In this document: positions 26,876-32,375 of the stretch, piece after piece
How the letters are laid out: each line of letters begins with the position of its first letter
How positions within the stretch are numbered: position 1 is the first letter of the stretch
Assembly: GCA_002779355.1 (NCBI GenBank)
Contig: PEWS01000040.1
Location: forward strand, 1 to 32,375
Length of the DNA stretch: 32,375 nucleotides
DNA from: Candidatus Nealsonbacteria bacterium CG07_land_8_20_14_0_80_39_13
GTDB lineage: Bacteria; Patescibacteriota; Minisyncoccia; Minisyncoccales; GCA-002779355
Direction: 5' to 3'
The notes under the pieces: generated by a model
Seen by the model: only the letters and a program-made list of their open reading frames with translations
The model's database searches: none
What the model was told of the DNA's origin: nothing
Translations under genes and position numbers: made by a program

Positions 26876-27120
26876 TTTTGTTTTTTATATATTTTTTATA
26901 TTTTTGGCTTATCTCCCTTCAGATTCTTTCTCTCTTCAGGGTGCCAAGCTGGCCACTAATTTCTTAACGAACAATTTGGCTACCTGAAGAATTCATTTCT
27001 TCCCTTCTGCAATAAAAAACAAAAATGGCTTCTTCCCGCCGTCGGGCGGGACCCCCCGCCTATAGCGGGGTGGCTTTCTCTTTATGGATTTTTAAAGAAC
27101 TACCAATGTTTACTGTTTAG

Positions 27121-27150
27121 AGTATAGTATATCTATATATATTTTGTCAA
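27121..27150 (-). promoter_or_regulatory. Putative sigma70 promoter for the 531-aa ORF
   Basis: Minus strand TTGACA-N18-TATACT. Confidence 0.55.
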
Positions 27151-27222
27151 ACATTTTTCGGAAAACGCTGATAGATGCTGATATTGCTGATTTCCGTTAA
27201 TAAAAAAACAGATTAACCCGTT

Positions 27223-27252
27223 CCAGCCAGAGGCTGGTCCACCTATGGCGGA
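27223..27252. repeat. 30-bp double-palindrome element, intergenic
   Basis: ccagccagaggctgg + tccacctatggcgga, flanked by AACCCGTT on both sides. Confidence 0.85.
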
Positions 27253-27280
27253 AACCCGTTAATCTCTTAATTTCAAAATA

Positions 27281-29434
27281 TCAGAAAGTGATTTTGAAGA
27301 CTTCTAAGCCATTAAGAATGTAAATGGTTTTGCCGTTTTCGGAAACGGAGAAGTCTAAAAGATTGTCAAAGCTGTCGCTTTGAAATTGCCTGATAACCTT
27401 TCCTGTTTTGTCCAGAATGATTATCCTTTTTTGAGATGGCTCTGAAATATACAAATAAGGGAGTTCGGTTGAAGTAAAAATCTTTGACAAATCTTTAATC
27501 GCCGGGAAAATATCTATTTTTAAAGTTTCCTTGAATTCGCCGGCGTAATATCTGTATATGGAATTATCTTTTGCCAGAACCCAGACATTGTCGTCAACCG
27601 CCATTGATTTGGCGTCAATATTTCTTGAAGCGTCGGAGGAAAGCCAAGAAACAGCCTCCACCCATTTGGATTTCCCGAGGAAAGGGTATTTTATTATTTT
27701 TCCGGATTTTTTATCCAGAAAGTAAAGATGAGAGGCGAAAGAAGAGACATTGCTCAAATTAGCTTCCGGATAGGGGGGGACCAAGGTGAGGGGATCCTCT
27801 ATTCCCCCTACATTTAGTCCTGTTATCTGATTTGGCCCCGAGAATAAAATCACAAAATCAGTCAGATTTGCGGCTGAATCAAATTTTTGCTCTGTTTCCT
27901 CTTTATTTCCCTGCCCCTTTTCATCCAATCTGAATAATCCTTGAGCATAATGGCTGAAGAAATAATTGTCTTTCCCAAAAGAGATGATCCTTTGCGGAAC
28001 AAAATTTTCCGATTTAAATTGGAAAAATATTTCAGGATTTTTTATTTCCTCCAGATTATTCAGTTCGTTCAATTCTTGAGATATTTTATTTTCCAAGGAA
28101 AGAATTTGTCCCCTTAATTCTTTGGGCACAAAAACCGACTCCTTAATCAAAACAGATATTTCATTCCAGCTTTCTTCAAGGAGAACGTCAGCGTCTTTTC
28201 TTGCTTGAGGGTTTGTTTCTTTCAATAGCAGAAAGCTTTCCGCTTGTTCAACTTTTTGCTCAATTTTTTCAAAATCTTCCCGATAGTTTTCCACTTTTTT
28301 GTTTTCTTGCCAGCTAAAAATCAGAAAACCGATAAATAGGCAGATAAAAAAGGAAAATATCAGGAACAGATTACTTTGAATTCTCCTTGACTCGTCCATA
28401 TCTTTTATCCTCATTTTAAGCTTGAGAACCGGAAAGGAAAAATTATCTAAAGCCGGCAAATTGATATAGAATCTTTTTTTCTGCGCATCCTTTTTTGTTT
28501 TTTTTATCTTTGGCGCAGACGATTTCTTTGTTGTCTTTTTGAATTGGGACTTGAGGAAGTTGAAAACAGGAAGAATAATTTTTTTCATTAAAAGATTCTT
28601 CGCCTTTTTAGCCGGCGCAGTGAATGGAATAAAAACCGCTTCCCTGAAAGAAAATTCTTTTTTCTCGGCTCGGGAGGAGATTCTCTCTTTTTTCTGCGGA
28701 GCTAAGCTATTTTCCTTTAAGTTTTCTTTTACCGGGATTTCTTTTGAATTTCCTTTTTTCGGAGTCTTGTCGTTAAGGAATAGAAGCAGGAAAACGCCTG
28801 AAATAACAGACAGCTCTTTCTTCTTAGATTTAAGAAACAGCTTAAGGCTTTCTCCATTAAAAGGCTTTATTTTAGCTATTTCTTCCGTTAATTTTTTGTC
28901 GGTAAAAAAATCAAAAACATCTTTGGTGAAAGCCATCAGAATATCTCCTTCAGCGATTTTACCCGAGGCAATGTTGCCGAAAACTTTCAATGGAAAAGGC
29001 TCTATGGTTTCATTTTTTATCTTTTCATCAATGTTAATCAGCTGGCCTTCCCTAATCAGGATAAATTTTATATCTCCTGTCTTGGTAAAATTGATTTCAG
29101 AATTTTTTATTGCAATCGCCCCGAGGTTTAAATTGCCCAACCAGCCGACTTCTCCATTTTTCGTCAATTCCTGCAAATATTCATTGGCTTTCTGAAGGCT
29201 TTTCTTTAAAGATTCTTCACTGGAGACCAAAGTTGAACCATAATACCTTTCCCTTATCAGCTTGGCTAATTTATCCAAAAAGGCGACATCGTGGGGGATG
29301 GCGTTTCTAAGAAGTCCGAGCATATATAAGCTTCCGACTCTCCGTTCGTAAACATTTTCCGGCTCATAGCAAAAGCTGTCAAAAATTAAACTCGGTTTCA
29401 AATCGGGATTAAAATGAAATTCAAAAACTTGCAT
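27281..29434 (-). CDS. Membrane protein: PP2C-like N domain, TM helix, C-terminal beta-propeller
   Basis: LKKSLQKANEYL...NFTKTGDIKFILIREG...SGKIAEGD.LM PP2C-like pattern; single TM; NHL-like blades (LYISEPSQKRIIILDKTGKVIRQF). Confidence 0.7.
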   Translation of the reverse strand: MQVFEFHFNPDLKPSLIFDSFCYEPENVYERRVGSLYMLGLLRNAIPHDVAFLDKLAKLIRERYYGSTLVSSEESLKKSLQKANEYLQELTKNGEVGWLGNLNLGAIAIKNSEINFTKTGDIKFILIREGQLINIDEKIKNETIEPFPLKVFGNIASGKIAEGDILMAFTKDVFDFFTDKKLTEEIAKIKPFNGESLKLFLKSKKKELSVISGVFLLLFLNDKTPKKGNSKEIPVKENLKENSLAPQKKERISSRAEKKEFSFREAVFIPFTAPAKKAKNLLMKKIILPVFNFLKSQFKKTTKKSSAPKIKKTKKDAQKKRFYINLPALDNFSFPVLKLKMRIKDMDESRRIQSNLFLIFSFFICLFIGFLIFSWQENKKVENYREDFEKIEQKVEQAESFLLLKETNPQARKDADVLLEESWNEISVLIKESVFVPKELRGQILSLENKISQELNELNNLEEIKNPEIFFQFKSENFVPQRIISFGKDNYFFSHYAQGLFRLDEKGQGNKEETEQKFDSAANLTDFVILFSGPNQITGLNVGGIEDPLTLVPPYPEANLSNVSSFASHLYFLDKKSGKIIKYPFLGKSKWVEAVSWLSSDASRNIDAKSMAVDDNVWVLAKDNSIYRYYAGEFKETLKIDIFPAIKDLSKIFTSTELPYLYISEPSQKRIIILDKTGKVIRQFQSDSFDNLLDFSVSENGKTIYILNGLEVFKITF

Positions 29435-29477
29435 AATTTTATTATACTATTTTATTCCAATATGTTAAAATATCAGT

Positions 29478-29951
29478 ATGGTGGATAACAAAAAAAACGA
29501 GAAGGAAACTGTCGTCGGAGGCACTTTTGACATACTCCATGACGGACATAAAAAATTATTAAGAGAAGCTTACGGAATTGGAGGGAGAGTGATGATCGGC
29601 TTAACTTCTGACGAAATGGCTCTGCAGACAAGGAACAGGGAGATAGCCGGCTTTGAAGATAGGAAGAAAGAATTAGAACTTTTTATTTCCGGAGAATTAA
29701 AGTCAAAGCCGGATGTTGTGGAAATTAAAGATAAATTCGGCTCTACCCTTGAGAGGGATTTTGATTATATAGTGGTTTCTCCGGAAACTTTCCCGACCGC
29801 CATAGCCATCAATGAGGAAAGAAAAAAAATAAATAAAAAGTCGATAGAGATTATTAAAATAGATTTTGTCTTAGCCGAAGACGGAAAACCTATTTCTTCA
29901 GAAAGAATATCAAAAGGAGAAATAGATAAACACGGCAAACTACTAAGCTAG
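29478..29951 (+). CDS. coaD: Phosphopantetheine adenylyltransferase, archaeal/eukaryotic type
   Basis: VGGTFDILHDGHK, IGLTSD, IVVSPET, IN..R, DGKPISSERI..GEID..G. Confidence 0.85.
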   Translation: MVDNKKNEKETVVGGTFDILHDGHKKLLREAYGIGGRVMIGLTSDEMALQTRNREIAGFEDRKKELELFISGELKSKPDVVEIKDKFGSTLERDFDYIVVSPETFPTAIAINEERKKINKKSIEIIKIDFVLAEDGKPISSERISKGEIDKHGKLLS

Positions 29952-30018
29952 CTTGTAGGAATTAGCTTGTAGGCGGGTAGCCTACAACCTACTGCCCTAC
30001 AACCTACAAACTAAACAT

Positions 30019-30270
30019 ATGTTTGACCAACTTAAAAATTTAGGAAAAATGAGAGAGATTCAAAATATACTCTCTAAGGAAAGAGTAACCGTTGAAAGAG
30101 ACGGAATTAAGGTTACGGTTAACGGAAAAATGGAAATGGAAGAAATAATCTTAAGCCCCGATATGGAGAAGGGGAAACAGGAAAGAATCTTAAAAGATTG
30201 CATTAATGAAGCGGTCAAGAAAATTCAATTTTCAGCTGCTCAAAAAATGTCCCAAATGGGCGGATCTTAA
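30019..30270 (+). CDS. YbaB/EbfC family nucleoid-associated protein
   Basis: MFDQLK...GIKVTVNGKMEM...CINEAVKK. Confidence 0.85.
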   Translation: MFDQLKNLGKMREIQNILSKERVTVERDGIKVTVNGKMEMEEIILSPDMEKGKQERILKDCINEAVKKIQFSAAQKMSQMGGS

Positions 30271-30275
30271 TTTCC

Positions 30276-30614
30276 ATGATAATCGTAGAAAGGAAACCTG
30301 AGAAAATTTTATGGACAGAACACTCAAAAAGAAAAATGCGCTATTATCGGCTCTCTGAAGGTAAAGTTTTAAGGGTATTAAGAAGGCCTGATAGGAAAGA
30401 AGAGGGAATCGCTCCGAAAACAATCGCTGTTATGCAGAAAAGCGGAACAAAGAAGAGGCCGACGGAAATTTGGATGATGTACCAAATAAAAAATGGAAAA
30501 ATAAGGAAGGTTATAATAATAAGCGCGTGGAGGTATCCGGGGATAAGTCCGATCGGAGAAAAATTACCGATACCGATTGACATCCTTGAAGAACTTTCCG
30601 ATTTAATAAATTAA
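30276..30614 (+). CDS. Conserved hypothetical protein (DUF4258-like)
   Basis: ILWTEHSKRKM...V..VL..PD...IISAWR pattern. Confidence 0.6.
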   Translation: MIIVERKPEKILWTEHSKRKMRYYRLSEGKVLRVLRRPDRKEEGIAPKTIAVMQKSGTKKRPTEIWMMYQIKNGKIRKVIIISAWRYPGISPIGEKLPIPIDILEELSDLIN

Positions 30615-30636
30615 TCTAAAGTTAAAATAATTGAAT

Positions 30637-31647
30637 ATGAAAAAATTCGCTTTTTTAATCCATCCAAGAGCATCACTTCGGGAAGATATGGGAAAAGTCT
30701 TTCCTCTTTTTAAATTTCTGCCGGAAAAATTTCTGGAATGGATGGTCAAATGTTTGAATCCGATGGCCAGAGGAAAAATAATCTTTTCAGGAAGCAAGGA
30801 GGTAGCGGGATGGATTATTGTCGTTCCACTGTCTGCCCGTCAATTTTTTTCCTTGCCAAGGGATTTTGTTGTGAAAAAAATAATAAAAGCGGTGGAGATG
30901 GCGAAAAAAATGGGCGTTGAGGTTGTCGGGTTAGGAGAACTTACCTCTCCCGTCACTCATGGTGGAGAAAATTTAAAAGCGAAGATAGACGGGGTTGCTA
31001 TCACCACTGGTAATTCTTTGACTGCGGCCATCGCAGTTAAAGTTATTGAAAAAATAAATAATATCAGGAGTTTAGATATCGTAAAGGAAAAGATAGCTAT
31101 AATTGGAGCGGGCGGTTCTGTCGGGAAGGGAGCGTCTTTTCTTTTGGCTCAAAAAGGCGCCTCTTTGATTTTAGTTGAAAAAGAAGAAAAAATAGAAGCT
31201 TTAAAAAAAATTTTTTCTTCCTATGCTAACGTTCGGGTGGAAAAGGATATTTCTTTTATTAAGGAAGCGGAAATAGTGGTGGTTACCACATCATCAACAG
31301 AACAGATTATAAAATCAGATTATTTGAAACAAGGAGCCATTGTTTATGACATCACCCAGCCTCGCAATACATCTCCTGATATACTGACAGAAAGAAAAGA
31401 CGTAACGATTATTGATGGGGGGGTTATTGATACCCCAAAGATTGATTACGGCATGAATATAGGTTTGAAAAAAAATCAAGCTTATGCATGTTTAGTGGAA
31501 ACAATGATTTGCGCCATGGAGGGGGATGGGGAAAGCCATACGGGATACACAACCCCTGAATCAGCAAGAAAAATGTTCAGTTTAATGGGAAAATATCAAG
31601 ATTATTTTAAGATAAATATTTCCCAAAGCTTTGGGAAGTCATTATAA
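30637..31647 (+). CDS. Acyl-ACP-reductase-like NAD(P)-dependent oxidoreductase (COG5322-like)
   Basis: KFAFLIHP, VVGLGELTS, TTGNSLT, IIGAGGSVG Rossmann motif, D..QPRN, YACLVETM. Confidence 0.8.
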   Translation: MKKFAFLIHPRASLREDMGKVFPLFKFLPEKFLEWMVKCLNPMARGKIIFSGSKEVAGWIIVVPLSARQFFSLPRDFVVKKIIKAVEMAKKMGVEVVGLGELTSPVTHGGENLKAKIDGVAITTGNSLTAAIAVKVIEKINNIRSLDIVKEKIAIIGAGGSVGKGASFLLAQKGASLILVEKEEKIEALKKIFSSYANVRVEKDISFIKEAEIVVVTTSSTEQIIKSDYLKQGAIVYDITQPRNTSPDILTERKDVTIIDGGVIDTPKIDYGMNIGLKKNQAYACLVETMICAMEGDGESHTGYTTPESARKMFSLMGKYQDYFKINISQSFGKSL

Positions 31648-31666
31648 GTTAATCTATTTCTCATCA

Positions 31667-32375
31667 ATGACGATAGACGCAATATTTATAAATACCTATT
31701 CTTCCCTTATCAGCGGACTATTTATGATAGCGATGGGTGTTTTTGTCTTCAGCAAGAACCCATGGAAAAGGCTGAATACAATATTCTTTTTTTTCTGCTC
31801 TGCGGTGGCTGTTTGGCTTATTTGTACCTTTATAATGTATAAAAGCGATAGCGATATTTGGCGCATATTTTGGGATAAGATGGTCTATATCGGGGTAGTT
31901 TTCATTCCCATATTAATGTATCATTTCGGACTGGTTTTTACCGAAACAGAAGAAAAAAATAAAGTTAATCTTTATTTAGGATATTTTTTCTCATTAGTGT
32001 TCCTTTTACTAAGTCGAACATCTTATTTTGTAAACGATTTATACAGATATGAATGGGGGGTTCATACTCAAGCTGGATTCGCCCATCATTTGTTTTTAGC
32101 ATTCTTCTTTTTTTACGTGTTATTGTTTCTTCTTGAAATATATAATTTTTTAAAAATAACTCAAAAAAAATACGGAAAAATTAGAAGGAATCAGGTAAAA
32201 TATTTGTTAATTTCCTTTATTACGATGAACATGGCAGCTTATGCGTTTTTGGCAGCCTATGGGATAAATGTAAATCCTTTGGGGGCGTATCTATTGGAAA
32301 TAATTTCTGTTTCAATATTAGCTTTGGCAATTACCAAATATCATCTTTTTGAGATAAGGGTTATTCTGACCGAAA
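31667..32375 (+). CDS. 7TM (HisKA_7TM-like) membrane sensor, N-terminal part (runs off right edge)
   Basis: Not in the ORF track. MTIDAIF...VFSKNPWKRLNTIFFFF...W...YIGVVFIP.LMYHF...RNQVKY...AITKYHLFEIRVILTE. Confidence 0.8.
   Translation, partial: MTIDAIFINTYSSLISGLFMIAMGVFVFSKNPWKRLNTIFFFFCSAVAVWLICTFIMYKSDSDIWRIFWDKMVYIGVVFIPILMYHFGLVFTETEEKNKVNLYLGYFFSLVFLLLSRTSYFVNDLYRYEWGVHTQAGFAHHLFLAFFFFYVLLFLLEIYNFLKITQKKYGKIRRNQVKYLLISFITMNMAAYAFLAAYGINVNPLGAYLLEIISVSILALAITKYHLFEIRVILTE

Overview
AT-rich bacterial chromosomal segment whose gene content, gene order and weak Shine-Dalgarno signals suggest a Patescibacteria/CPR (Parcubacteria-like) genome; this assignment is an inference. It holds three Cys-rich surface-protein genes, thrS, dnaE, rnhB, rpmF-nusB-rnc-rpsP-khpA-trmD, and a tRNA cluster (Tyr, a LAGLIDADG-like ORF, Thr, rpmG, Trp). 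Downstream are RNase HI, an M48/YgjP-like gene, a MacAB-type ABC system, mltG, pfpI, an L10 leader with rplJL, a degenerate DHH-like orphan, archaeal-type coaD, and an acyl-ACP-reductase-like gene next to a 7TM sensor. The most striking signal is a family of 30-bp mini-elements, each made of two 15-bp palindromes (6-bp arm, 3-nt loop). They occur at six loci: in frame inside thrS, rpsP and mltG, and at three intergenic sites. They nest inside one another at a fixed position, and removing them restores 7-8-bp tandem repeats or a plausible native protein sequence. Also notable: tRNA-Trp sits inside a tRNA-like shell whose T-loop is interrupted by two hairpins, and REP-like GGGGTCAGACCCC palindrome clusters lie upstream of both RNase H genes.
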